A stretch of 63,685 nt of DNA, filler included, from Collodictyon triciliatum (Eukaryota), in assembly GCA_043381765.1 (NCBI GenBank). It is 13 parts of 13 records of this genome, joined end to end, with 100 filler letters (N's around TTAATTAATTAA, not from the genome) between each part and the next. Parts side by side here need not be neighbours in the genome. Positions count along the whole stretch, not along the records: positions 25,774 to 30,819 come from JBHJMP010005533.1; positions 30,920 to 35,967 come from JBHJMP010005534.1; positions 36,068 to 40,996 come from JBHJMP010005535.1; positions 41,097 to 46,139 come from JBHJMP010005536.1; 9 more parts are not named here. One strand, 5' to 3'. The notes below the pieces were generated by a model that had not been told where the DNA came from, made no database searches, and saw only the letters and a program-made list of their open reading frames with translations. This document shows positions 26,401 to 42,979 of this stretch, piece by piece. Positions within the stretch are counted from its first letter, which is position 1. Each line of letters starts with the position of its first letter. The translations under genes were made by a program, and so were the position numbers.

Positions 26401-27780
26401 TTAAAGAGAGGTGTATTTGTTTTTTTGGGTTGGGGTTAAAAGAACTTTGTTGAGTATATTTATGGCGCTGTTAAAATCCCTTGTCAAGAATACACTTTGT
26501 TTGCTTTCTAAGCGATTGCATTCTTGACATATGAGACATATATACAACTTTTTTGAATTTTCTTTCAGTGTTACATATTCCAGTTCTTTTTCGCAGTTGT
26601 AGCACATCTTGGAGGTCTAAATTCATCTACATTAACTGTTTCAAAACGTTTGGATAGTATTTTTCGTAATCCTCTTCCAATTGTCGCCATAAAATGGTTC
26701 ATTGGAGATTTTCTGCTCCAGTCTCCATGCGCCAGTACAACATCCTTGCCAAATGTCTTTTCGATTCGGTCCATAAGCAACTGTTCGCTTCTTTTTGTAT
26801 TAACATATTGTCTCCATATCATTTTCCGAAAAGTTACGTGTTCATAAAATCTGGGTAATTCTGTCCGGTATCTTGATTTCATAGATACATATTTTCGAAG
26901 TTGTTCATAATCGACCGTGCATGAATTATTTTTACTTAGTTCTGTCTCTAAATCGATTAAAGATACTCTTAATGTCTCAAACTGATAATTCTCTTCAAAA
27001 GTAATGTGACCAAAAGAAACAGCATTTTGTAAATCTGTTGCCATGCATATCCCTGAAGGATTGTACTTTTCTACTTTCTCGCGCAAGAGTATTTTGTGAT
27101 TTTTAAGAGATTTGCTATCATGTCTTATTTGGTGTGCCGTGTAACGTAATTTCTTACCTGCCTCATCCACCATGCAAACCATATTAAACTTCCCTGCGTC
27201 CACTCCAACTATTTTTTTTTTATTTTTTATTTTTTGTCGCTAATAAAGATAACTGCTCTTAGGAAAGTTCATCTATATGAACATATTCTTGGGTCTTTTG
27301 ATTATATTTGAATTTTGAATTTGAAATACCTTTCTTTTGAAAGAATAATGACACCGCCAAACCGCCTGTTTGTATCATGTATTTAAAAGTGTAGTCTCTT
27401 TGATGATAGACCCTCTTCTTCATTTCAAAGAAATCATTCCATAGTTTCTATTTGCATCCGGATATATTCTTCATTAATAATGTTTCTCAGATAATACTAA
27501 TAGATCTATCAAACATGCAGTATCTAGAGTAATATGACATGATGTATTGGTAGTTCTAATAAGGATTGGTGGAAACAGTTTGGTTCCAATGTCCTCAAAA
27601 ATGCGATTCATGTTAATCAGACATGATATGCACTTATTTTGATTAACTTTGGTGTCATATTCGATACCATTTACAATATCGCTGGGAATGATACGATGCA
27701 AATGCGTTCTAGCCCATTCCTTATGTTGTCCCGGCATTTCGAGTTTCGTGAAGATGTCTTTTTTTAACTTATGTAACTCT
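26401..27780 (-). pseudogene. Fanzor1 (TnpB-like RuvC nuclease), copy 1; frameshifted, 5' part replaced by a LINE
   Basis: VGVDAGK (RuvC-I), GDWS, VDEFR (RuvC-II, rearranged Glu), CYNC..CQEC zinc finger, TRDFNSAINI (RuvC-III). Confidence 0.88.
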
Positions 27781-27790
27781 TGCTCAAAAA

Positions 27791-28325
27791 GTGACAGAGT
27801 CTCACAAGATGCTCTCTGAGCTTGATTATGCTCCCAACCGACTCAGCGCGTCTGACATCCCGTTTGGCCCACAATACCAAATGACCCACAACTCTAGAAT
27901 ACTCTGGACAGTCACAAGGGGACATATGCTGTGGTCCTTATGGAGTGTACGCGCATTCTCTCGCTCCAATGATTCACCCGAACGAGAAATCAATGTTTAC
28001 AGGCTTGAGAGCCTCGTGCAACTCAGCTTCCTGAACAACCTGCTGAAACACGCCCGCATTCTTCGCTACTCTGACCGCAAGCGGAGAGATGTGGGAATGT
28101 GTCGTGCGATATCTCCCACAGCATATCCAACCCCCGCTACCCACGCAGCCAATCAACCAGTTTGGACGCCCACCTGACCAGCTCGCTATCACTGACTTCT
28201 TTCCGGTGCTACCCTCTCCACAATAGTGTCTTCTCTTACTCGCGTTTGCTCTTTACCATGCGCACCTATCTCGCTCCTTTGTATGGCATAACCTCGCTGC
28301 ACTTTGAATCGAATAAAGGAAAAAA
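27791..28325 (+). mobile_element. 5'-truncated L1/Tx1-like LINE (ORF2 C-terminus plus 3' UTR) abutting Fanzor copy 1
   Basis: RGHMLWSLWSVR (W..W..R ORF2 C-terminal motif); 3' UTR shared with 5160-5428; AATAAAGGAAAAAA tail. Confidence 0.75.
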
Positions 28326-28328
28326 TCT

Positions 28329-28510
28329 GATTGTGTCCTTTGTCTCTCACTGCGCTTGTTTCTCAGCAATATGAACTTTTTTTTTCGAATATTCAAGTCT
28401 TTTTTTATTGTTCCTCTGAGCCCTGTCTCTCTGTGTGATCACCACATTTATTCACGTTGTGAGTTGTAGAATACATCGGTCTTTGGGAATTTTGGCTCAC
28501 GCGAACAATG
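28329..28510 (+). repeat. Interspersed repeat B, partial copy
   Basis: Aligns to 56090-56270 (TGTGTCCTTT..GCTTGTTTCTCAGCA..TTATTGTTCCTCT..GTGTGATCACCA..CGAACAAT). Confidence 0.8.
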
Positions 28511-28699
28511 AAACATACAAAGAAACAAAGATATGGCCCAATTGTATGCTGTTTATTCGTTGATGTGGTATTGGAGTTCGTTGCTGGGGCGCTAACCTAT
28601 GTTTGCATATATGGTCAATGACTTAGGATGTTGAGAGTGGGATGCCTGCCAGTAAGATAGATATGTATATGAACGATTTTAGTATCCAGTCCGCCTCGT

Positions 28700-29160
28700 G
28701 CGGTGTTGTCAGAGTTTTGTTTGCTCGTTGATTTTCATCCACAGCACAGCCCATCTCGTGGACTGTTTGAGAGTTGAATTTCTCATATCCTCATCATTAT
28801 GCAACGGGGTGTGATGTTCGTCGAGGTAACGGGCAGTTTGGATAGAACTTACGAGGGTATCGCTCGCCTGGCAGTGCAGTGGTCGGCTGAGCAGATCGGC
28901 AGGTGAGAGCGTCTTCTTGCCTGGGTATCGATAGCACATGTTGCGCTTGGGTCAGCAGATCGAAAATTGTCTTTGAATTTATGGCTTTGTCGAAAATTGA
29001 ATCTTTTCCTTATTTGAAAAAATAACCTAATATGGGGAAGGGTCGTATAAGTCGATCGACTGCAAGTCGCCAAATATCTGTGCCTCCTGAGACCAACACG
29101 GCAGCAGCGATATTCCTCGAGGAGCAAACAGAATCTGACAAGAAGAATCAAGTATCAATC
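28700..29160 (-). mobile_element. Degenerate Ty3/Gypsy-like pol remnant (RNase H region)
   Basis: VGLRRHRYL and YRYPGKKTLSPADLLSR resemble the Y.PGK.N..AD.LSR RNase H end; frameshifted. Confidence 0.5.
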
Positions 29161-30631
29161 AGTGTGGCATATCAGAGTCTATGAAAGGTTCATGGTTATA
29201 CAGCTTTGAAATAATAGAATATATTTCCCAGAATAGGAAATGGTGTTCATCCGCTCGAACAGGTCTTCCCGTCCGTAGTACCTTCTGTGTTGACAGGCGT
29301 TGTTAGGACAAAAAGTGTTTCATGACACAAAGACACAGAGCTTAGTAGCGCAAGTTGAACTGTAGTCAAAAAATCTTCTCATAGTGATGAAAATGACTTA
29401 CATGCTTTGGTTAAATTCCAGGCAATGAGGAGTATGTGCGTGTTAGTTGTACAGACTCGCATTGAAAAGAGTGAATATTGGTGATAAATGGTCGCCTTAC
29501 TCTCTAAAATAGCAACAAATTAGCTCTTTAGATGAAATAAGTCAAGGAAAAAGATTTCTGGTAACTGATTTGAGATATAAAATTTGCTCCTATTATTAGA
29601 AATTACTGCCTAGGTTCCAGAATTAAATGGTGTTAATTTTATTGTTAATTTCAAAGAAAGAAAAGATAGACTTGAGTGATGCATGATGATAGTATTATTC
29701 ATAATTATTATCTTTCAAAAAAGATTTACAATCTAGTATCGCAGCGCCCGGCAACAATAAGCAAAATCCATCAATCAAAAGTTATAAAGAAAATACGTAG
29801 CTTTGTAGCTTGAGGTTGTAACGATGATTGATAAAAGAGAATAAATTACGTTCTTTATTATCAACCAGAAATTGAGAAACACAGCTATTTATCTATCTAA
29901 ATCCATATTTACACACGAGATAAATAGTAAACCACTTACATACTTTTAAATGGATTTTCTGGGTTAATAATTAGCGAATACATTGCAATTAAACATACAT
30001 TTAATTATAAATTAATGGCAATAATAACACTGGCACTAATATACTTACTCTCTTTGATACCAAGTCAGTTATGAATAATTTTTTTATGAATGAGTTTCGA
30101 TGTATAATAATTAAAAACGTTGATAAATATTACATCCTTTTGAATATCATAAGATTAGTAACCGCGAAACAAACAGTTTTGATGAATCAGTATTAAAAAA
30201 AAAAAGAAATGGCTTCTTACATTATTCTGTTAATTTTAAAATGGAATAGGTGATGAGGAAGTAGGGGTCTTATTGGTAATAAATAACGTTTTTCTTTTGG
30301 TCGGACATGAATGAATCCTACGGTTATCTAAAAAAGAATAAGAAACAAACATGAGAACGTCTTTTTTTGGAAGATTACTAAAATATTAGGTTTCATCCAT
30401 TTTTTTTTATCAAACTGAAAAGAGTAGAACTCGATATCCTAGTATTGAATGAGGAAATAAAAAGGAGATAACGAGGTACCTTGGATGCCTGGGGCCAAAA
30501 TAACACATTTTTAATATTTGTTTCAGTTTCATCTTCCGAAAAACATATTTCTTCTCTTGCAAATCATGCATTTAAGAATGAGACTTACATCCTTTTTATA
30601 TTTACATTATGAAAGCATGTTGGTTTGTATT

Positions 30632-30689
30632 AAGGTTCCAACTCTAATAGAGTCGAATAAAGGAAAAAAAAAAGGTTCCAACTCTAATA
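30632..30689 (+). mobile_element. Ultra-short LINE-tail insertion (30650-30671) with 18-bp TSD
   Basis: AAGGTTCCAACTCTAATA [GAGTCGAATAAAGG + A-run] AAGGTTCCAACTCTAATA. Confidence 0.8.
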
Positions 30690-30919
30690 CATATTCTTCA
30701 ATAACATAGTCTCAAACTTCAATAAAAATAAAAATAAAAATAAAAATAAAAATAAAAATAAAAATAAAAATAAAAATAAAAATAAAAATAAAAATAAAAA
30801 TAAAAATAAAAATAAAAATNNNNNNNNNNNNNNNNNNNNNNNNNNNNNNNNNNNNNNNNNNNNTTAATTAATTAANNNNNNNNNNNNNNNNNNNNNNNNN
30901 NNNNNNNNNNNNNNNNNNN

Positions 30920-31016
<97 letters not shown>

Positions 31017-31178
31017 CCAACCAACCAACCAACCAACCAACCAGAATCAACATAAGATTATTTTTTTTTGTTGTAATATTATTGGAATGTATTTTGTGTT
31101 TATCTATGCAGAGAAACATTTTTTATTTATTATATTTTATAATAATGTATTATTATTTTTATTCTTAATTAAAAAAAG

Positions 31179-34100
31179 GAAAAGAAGCACAGCCAGCAGA
31201 TATTGGATGCGATGGTTAAAGGTAACTTGGGAATACTCAATTTTGGTTAAATGGAATACTCTTCAAATATGGGGGGGTTTTTTTTTGTGGAGGATCATTT
31301 TCTGTTTACTTTTCACCCTCCTTTTGAATCTTTGCCCCAGTAGATGTGTTTGATTTTGAAGAAAGAGATACGAATATCCGCGCTCAATCACATAAACAAA
31401 ATATGGTGAGAAATAACATTATTTAATTCCTCCAATTATGTTATGAGTTATAAATGTCATTTGCCAATTGTTTTTTTACCTGTACATTTTTGGAGTAACA
31501 TAAATTTTATCTAAGAGAGAACAATGCTTTTCCAAGACCTCATCACCAATTAAAAAAGCAAAAACGTATGAATTTCAACTACACACCATATTAATATAAT
31601 TTTCTTCTTTAAAAAAGGTATCAGATGTGAAATTCATGTTTTTTTTAAGCTCAGCCTCCACAATATCCATCAATTACCCATAGAGAAACCGTTTCGTTGG
31701 AATCGGACTATAGAGCTAAATCACCTCGAGATAATCTGGACGATGAATATCCATTTCAAGTAGACAAATCTGATGTTTCCTCATGGAGAGGTATCACTCC
31801 AGCCAGAAAAACCTGGAGACCGAAGGCACCACTTAGAATCATTCGTGGTATCCGATATCCTGAAGCAGACTTAGAACCACCAGCTTCCACAACAGAATCT
31901 GTATCCCCACCCTCAGAAAAAGTATCACCCACCATTCAACTAAAATAATTTCTGAAATTTACTTGAACTTTCAAACCTTACTGATATTTGATTAATATAT
32001 CTGGTGAAAATAGCATGATGCCATTTCGTATTTTCTACTTTTACAGGATACGTCCAAAGTCTTATCACATAAATGTCCATTATTTTAGGTCAGTTCTCCA
32101 AAAAAGAATACCGGTGTTGTTGAAATAGAATTATCGAGTGATGAAGAGGAAACTAAGTTTCAGAAAAGAGACCACTCTCCTTTGAGGATCATGGCGGATC
32201 TCGGTTCGTTCTCCTCTGCAAGCAAAATGACTAATGAAGAAAAAGATTCTAATTCATTTTGCGAGGGTGTACCTTCTATAATGGAGTTGTTTTCGGTATC
32301 TGGTAATCACAGAAAATATACCACAGTTCTCTCTCTAAATCTGATTCAAAATTATAGAGATTTAGCTGAGCTATATTTTGAAGTGAAAGATATATTTTTA
32401 TGCCATTCACTTTCTCTCTTTCTCTCTTAAGTGTGAACAAGTTATGAGAGAATTATTGCAAATTGAAAAACATAAAAAAAAGTTATTCTTTATTTTTTGT
32501 TTTTTCTAAAAAAAATTATGAATTTTTCATTTGGAGCAGGTCAAAACTTGAGTGAAATTGACTTGGTGTTTGTACGCACATCGACATTCACAGAATCTCG
32601 CGCACACAACAAATCACTTAGATGTCAAATAATGGTTTTTATTTATTCAATCCAGTCTTTTCTTCATTTGTAATATGATGATTTTACAACCTCATTTCAA
32701 GAATTTTTTTAATCAATCATGTCTCCATTATTATTAGTTATTTGCTATTTTCAACTTTCCTTTTTTTTTTTTTTGAAATTTTAATACGGCAGGAAAATAA
32801 AATGTATATTAATACAAAACAAGAAATTGACATAAATTATTGCTTAATCAGACAAGTGGAGCAGGTAATCATACAAAGTAAAGTAATAAGTATACCATAT
32901 CACCTATATATAATTTTCTAGTTTACCCAGCAAATAATATGGTTATCTATTTGAATTGAATATATATATTTGAGACACCTGAAAAACATACTATTGCTCA
33001 CTCATTCACATAATTAGGTAGTGGACAAAGGTGTATACACGTTACTTATTAAAGTACATGATGGTAATACCTTTTTTATAAAAAAATTACAGCATTCAAT
33101 TATACTACTATCTGTCATTCAGTATCACTAATCCTCTTTCCAAAATAAAAATAATGTATGCATCTATACGTTATAAAGACAACTTTTTTTTGTAAACCCT
33201 TTCATTTTTCTATTTTCCACTATGGAATTCAACCAGTTTAATTCATATTCTCGAAAATCTAGTAGAGTTCAGCCCGTACTTTAGCATAGGCTTACTGTCA
33301 TTGCAAAATATGAGGCAGCTAGGGAGTAAATTAGGCTTGATAAAGAAGGAAAAAGGACTTTCGTTTTATTGGAATCATTTAGAATTCAACAGGTCTGTGT
33401 TATCCTTAAGAAACGAATCGTTCATCGCATCAATTATATTCCAATTTATTTAATATTTTATATTATTTGTTTGCCTCATAATTCGTCTAACAACAAACAA
33501 AAACATATAAACAAACAGTAAACTGGATTTTTTAAAATACCTGCCCGAAGAATTATCTGAAGAAGTGTCTCGATGGTGATTATCAATATTNNNNNNNNNN
33601 NNNNNNNNNNNNNNNNNNNNNNNNNNNNNNNNNNNNNNNNNNNNNNNNNNNNNNNNNNNNNNNNNNNNNNNNNNNNNNNNNNNNNNNNNNNNNNNNNNNN
33701 NNNNNNNNNNNNNNNNNNNNNNNNNNNNNNNNNNNNNNNNNNNNNNNNNNNNNNNNNNNNNNNNNNNNNNNNNNNNNNNNNNNNNNNNNNNNNNNNNNNN
33801 NNNNNNNNNNNNNNNNNNNNNNNNNNNNNNNNNNNNNNNNNNNNNNNNNNNNNNNNNNNNNNNNNNNNNNNNNNNNNNNNNNNNNNNNNNNNNNNNNNNN
33901 NNNNNNNNNNNNNNNNNNNNNNNNNNNNNNNNNNNNNNNNNNNNNNNNNNNNNNNNNNNNNNNNNNNNNNNNNNNNNNNNNNNNNNNNNNNNNNNNNNNN
34001 NNNNNNNNNNNNNNNNNNNNNNNNNNNNNNNNNNNNNNNNNNNNNNNNNNNNNNNNNNNNNNNNNNNNNNNNNNNNNNNNNNNNNNNNNNNNNNNNNNNN

Positions 34101-35665
34101 NNNNNNNNNNNNNNNNNNNNNNNNNNNNNNNNNNNNNNNNNNNNNNNNNNNNNNNNNNNNNNNNNNNNNNNNNNNNNNNNNNNNNNNNNNNNNNNNNNNN
34201 NNNNNNNNNNNNNNNNNNNNNNNNNNNNNNNNNNNNNNNNNNNNNNNNNNNNNNNNNNNNNNNNNNNNNNNNNNNNNNNNNNNNNNNNNNNNNNNNNNNN
34301 NNNNNNNNNNNNNNNNNNNNNNNNNNNNNNNNNNNNNNNNNNNNNNNNNNNNNNNNNNNNNNNNNNNNNNNNNNNNNNNNNNNNNNNNNNNNNNNNNNNN
34401 NNNNNNNNNNNNNNNNNNNNNNNNNNNNNNNNNNNNNNNNNNNNNNNNNNNNNNNNNNNNNNNNNNNATATAATATTCATTCCAGTCTTCTATGCGTAAG
34501 TTCTAGAAATAACTTCCTCTTGTACATATACCACATAGCTGAGATACACTTTCCCTAGGTTAAATTATATGTCCTTTTCTCTTTTTATCAAACAAGGAAT
34601 CATTGGACACTAGCAGTTATATGCAACCCGTTCAAAATAAAACAAAATCTATACTCGGGCATTCTATACTTTGATTCCCTGGGATGGTATTAAAAAATCT
34701 AAGTTATTTGTATCGTGTAATCACTCTTGAGGGCTGTTTCTTTTTCTCTTATTTTTGATAGGGAAATCTTAAATACCCCTTCATGTTTAGCATACCCTAT
34801 CCTCTCCATATCCTCGACCTTTTCGGTTTACTAAAACAAATTTTTTATCGTATTAGCTACGAAATTTTTGATACAGTGTGTACTGCCTTGAAAAGGTATA
34901 GCTCAAACAGATTCTCATTTTTTTTCTCCCTTGGGTGCATCAAATGGCGCCTTTTCAAATGTTTGAATTAAACGTATCGAGAGGGAATCTTGAGATTATG
35001 AGGCAATTGCACGAAGCAAAATTGTTAATTTCATCTTTCTATTTCTTCTTTATTTTGTGGCTGACCATTACAAACTTTTGAAATCAGAACATCTCGACAA
35101 AATATGTATTCAAAAACGCTCTACCATCAATTATATATATATATATTTAAAACCCAACAACCAAAGGTTTCTCACAACACAAGAAGTCAACAGCACAAAA
35201 ACAGAGGCAGAGTTGGAATGTACCAAAGTGGCAGTAAGACTCTTGTTTTCTATGAGGGGACTCATTGACCCCTAGATTAGCTAAACCATCATCATTCATT
35301 TATATTTTATTGTAGTCAAGAGTTCAGCCCTTGGGATATGAGTGTGGGACGTACGTCATAATGTTCACGGAATGCATTTTAACGCGGCTGCCAACTATCA
35401 TGATGATTGTAAGTCTCTCGCTATATTTTCAGGGTACATCACAATTGCAATCCTTTTTTGTTTTATTTTGTGTTGATAGATATTAAAGCCCAGAAAGGGC
35501 ACGTGGTTCTTTTACACGACCCTGGGTATTGAATATTAAAAAGTTACTATTGTCTCCAAAATATTGCGTTATCCAAAGACAAGTTCCGGTGAGGCGGATT
35601 TCTTCAACCGATTTCGATTCAGCGATGAGTCGTTCTGTGACAAAGAACTACGTGGCCGTGTTAAG
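31179..35665 (+). CDS. Ulp1/SENP family (C48) SUMO protease, many small exons, spans a gap; ends approximate
   Basis: Catalytic motifs in order: NHWTLAVICNPF (~34598), LYFDSLG (~34663), VQPLGYECGTYVIMF (~35322). Confidence 0.78.
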
Positions 35666-36269
35666 GTAAGGCCGCAATATTTGAGATTTTGTGCCCAAAT
35701 GTCAAATGATACACTTAATAGGGGATGATTGCTTGGGAATACCGATTGTCTGAACTTCGTAGTTGTGTATCTGAGCAAAGTCAGTAACTGTAGCGATTGG
35801 TGTATGAAGAGTACATCTTTTCTAGTCTATATAATAAACTGAAATGCCTCATGAATAATGTATGTATGTATGTATGTATGTATGTATGTATGTATGTATG
35901 TATGTATGTATGTATGTATGTATGTATGTATGTATGTATGTATGTATGTATGTATGTATGTATGTATNNNNNNNNNNNNNNNNNNNNNNNNNNNNNNNNN
36001 NNNNNNNNNNNTTAATTAATTAANNNNNNNNNNNNNNNNNNNNNNNNNNNNNNNNNNNNNNNNNNNNTACATACATACATACATACATACATACATACAT
36101 ACATACATACATACATACATACATACATACATACATACATACATACATACATACATACATACATCAACAACAAAAAAAGAAAACAAAAGAAAACAAAAGA
36201 AAACAAAAGAAAACAAAAGAAAACACAGCAAAACCAAAAATAATGAAAGATAAAATAATAAAAAAAAAA

Positions 36270-36389
36270 CACACTGGTTGCGTTTGCGAAAGTTCCTGGT
36301 CGGCACGGCTCACAGGAGAAAGCTGGACCCGGCACAAGACAAAGAAGCAGCAGCAACAGCGCGGCGATCGGAGGTGCAGTTGAACGCAT
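36270..36389 (-). CDS. First exon of a secreted Cys-rich protein (signal peptide + CEPCRPGTF), truncated by contig end
   Basis: MRSTAPPIAALLLLLLCLVPGPAFS-CEPCRPGTFANAT; C.PC.PGTF is a TNFR/GCC2-like repeat. Confidence 0.5.
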
Positions 36390-36672
36390 CGCCGCCTTAA
36401 GAGGAATCAACAATACTCGAAGTTAGTTTTCCCTTGTCGAGTACTCCAACGACCCGGGCAGAGTCTGCCCAGCACAAGAACGAATGATTCCGCACTTGCC
36501 TTAGCCCCCCTCCGATCGCGTGATGTGTTTTATTCCTTGTTCGCGATTTTCTTCTTTCAACTTTTATTTTGTCTCTCCTTCTTTCTCCCAGCGATCACAT
36601 AATCAAGTGATACGGGTTTGATCAAAGGGAGTGCCCAGCTGCAAAGCGGCCCATGTGATGCACAGGCAGCCG

Positions 36673-40656
<3,984 letters not shown>

Positions 40657-40921
40657 TCCTATCTAACGAGAGGCAGAGGCGTGAGTTGATTGTTCCTTGG
40701 ATATACGCTTCTTTATCGAAGCTTGTTCGTGTGGTTTCAACCTCACACGCGCACATCTGCTGGTTCGTTGCGCTCTGTGTGTTGATTGCGTAGGTGTTTG
40801 CAAACGCGAAGGTGATTGACTTTGATCAGAGATGAATCTATAATGCTGTGGGCGCCTTGAGCAGAATTGGGGAAATAGTCCCGCGGCGTTGGATTTTAGC
40901 GCTCCACTGTCGCTCTGTGCT

Positions 40922-40996
<75 letters not shown>

Positions 40997-41096
40997 NNNN
41001 NNNNNNNNNNNNNNNNNNNNNNNNNNNNNNNNNNNNNNNNTTAATTAATTAANNNNNNNNNNNNNNNNNNNNNNNNNNNNNNNNNNNNNNNNNNNN

Positions 41097-42476
41097 ATAT
41101 CCCAACCAGCTCCAATTTTTGTTGTTTCACTCTTAATTCTTTCGAGAAGGTAGTCCTCATCAGAAATCCAGCTGCCTTCCTTGTCCGCTGGTATGAGTAT
41201 GTCCAGTTTGATTATCTTTCCACTCTCTCTTGTGAAAACATAACCAGCGGAGTGTGTGTTACATAGTTCTTTTAGGTCACTGACTCCTTTTTCGTAGAGG
41301 AAACTCAGTACGTTTTGGATGGAGGGCGAGATATCTCCATTTCCCAGAATGACTCGTCGACTGACCGCACAGGTAAATTCAATTTTTAACTTGCCCTCTG
41401 ATTTTTCATAGCTAACTTCATTGCCTAAATCTTGGAATGAGAGTGAGAAGTAATAGTCTGATGACTTACAGCTAATATCATGGGTCCTGTAAACTGAAAT
41501 ATGATGTCCTGGAAGTGGCCATATTCCCTTATGCAATCCTTTGGTTATCTTTTCTTTATTGAAATAGGCTACTGCTTTTTTCAATGACTCGGTACTAAAG
41601 CCTATGAGCTTTCCTTCGTCATGGTCAACCATAAAGCTTGTGCGTATCTGTCTTTTCAATTTATCCGATACGTTTGCTGGATAATCTTCTGTGCATGCAA
41701 AGAGTGCTTTGTATTCATGGCTGCCAGCAAACGTGAAGAATTTGTCAAAAGAACCAGAGAACTTCAGTATCATAGGTGTTCTCTGGACTTCAATCTGTAT
41801 GTGATACTTTTCCTGAATAACTCTGGCTGATTCTTCAACCTTTCGGGTGAATATATCCTCGAGGAACGATGTTACACCAAAGTGGCTTGGAAGGCGGTTG
41901 ACTGTCACTTGGTCTCTTGTGGCATAGCCGATTATGATACGTTCTTCATCCGATAGCGAAAAGGGGGACGCAACACCGTACGTACAAACAAGCCTTTGAA
42001 TGGTTCCAACGCTTAGTGGGATGGCAAAAAGGTCAAAATCCTCAAGACTCTTGGCTTCGACCAAAGCTTCTGTCTCAAACTTCTGTATAAGCGTCTTGAC
42101 ACATTGCACACTGGAGTCCCATGGAGTGGAGTTTCTTTCGTGAAAAACGATGGCAACTTCACAGATATTTGGGGAATCTGGTGTCAAAATCTTGAGCCTT
42201 TGCCCTTTAATCTTCAAGAGGACGTGTCCCTCTGGGTTTATCTTTTTGAACTGGAAGAAGTCATCCAATCGATCCTCATTGCTGGTGTACTTAACCAGAA
42301 TATGCTTTTTGGGAACTGTTGGAATCTCGGTGATTTCCGTGCTCCCAGGAAACTTTTCTTTGACATCTTCTGTTCTAAACCTTGGAGCCTCGCTGGGATT
42401 CACCATATGCAACATCAGACTGAAGGCGGATGTTCCTTTGCTTTGGCCTGAGGCACTGGGGGACTGGGAATCCGAA
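41097..42476 (-). CDS. Large exon of an unknown protein (3' truncated)
   Basis: ~450-codon stop-free frame with normal composition and an AG acceptor near 42477; no family recognised. Confidence 0.6.
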
Positions 42477-42979
42477 ACCTTTTATTGTGTGTAAAAAATA
42501 ATGAATAGGGTTTAAATGAATTTGCCCACACCAAGTTTGCTGACTATGTTATTTTGAAAAGATAAATACGATTTCTAGATGTCATAATATAAAAATAATG
42601 TAACCTTTGTCTCGGACATTGCTGTGACTTGGAAGTGGGTGCGGTCCTGTGTGGTATTTGGGGAGTGAATGTTAATAAAATATACTCTTTTCTTTTTAAT
42701 TGTGGTTCTAGATGGCCCTGCATGCTGAATTATTTAGAGCTGCCTGTTCATTTCAACTGAAGCTTGGCACAAACAGATTGTTGATTTGGGTTTGATAGCA
42801 CTCGTTTGCTAATATTATATGAAAACATGGAGAGCCTTTGTGATATACTATTCTTGCTTTGAGTTTTCGCGTATTAGCGATTACTTCCGACTGATTTGTG
42901 TGATAAACCAGAGGCTTAGCGAGCTAGTTGAATTTATACACAGAGGCAGCAATGTCAATCATAATTATGTTTATAAGTG

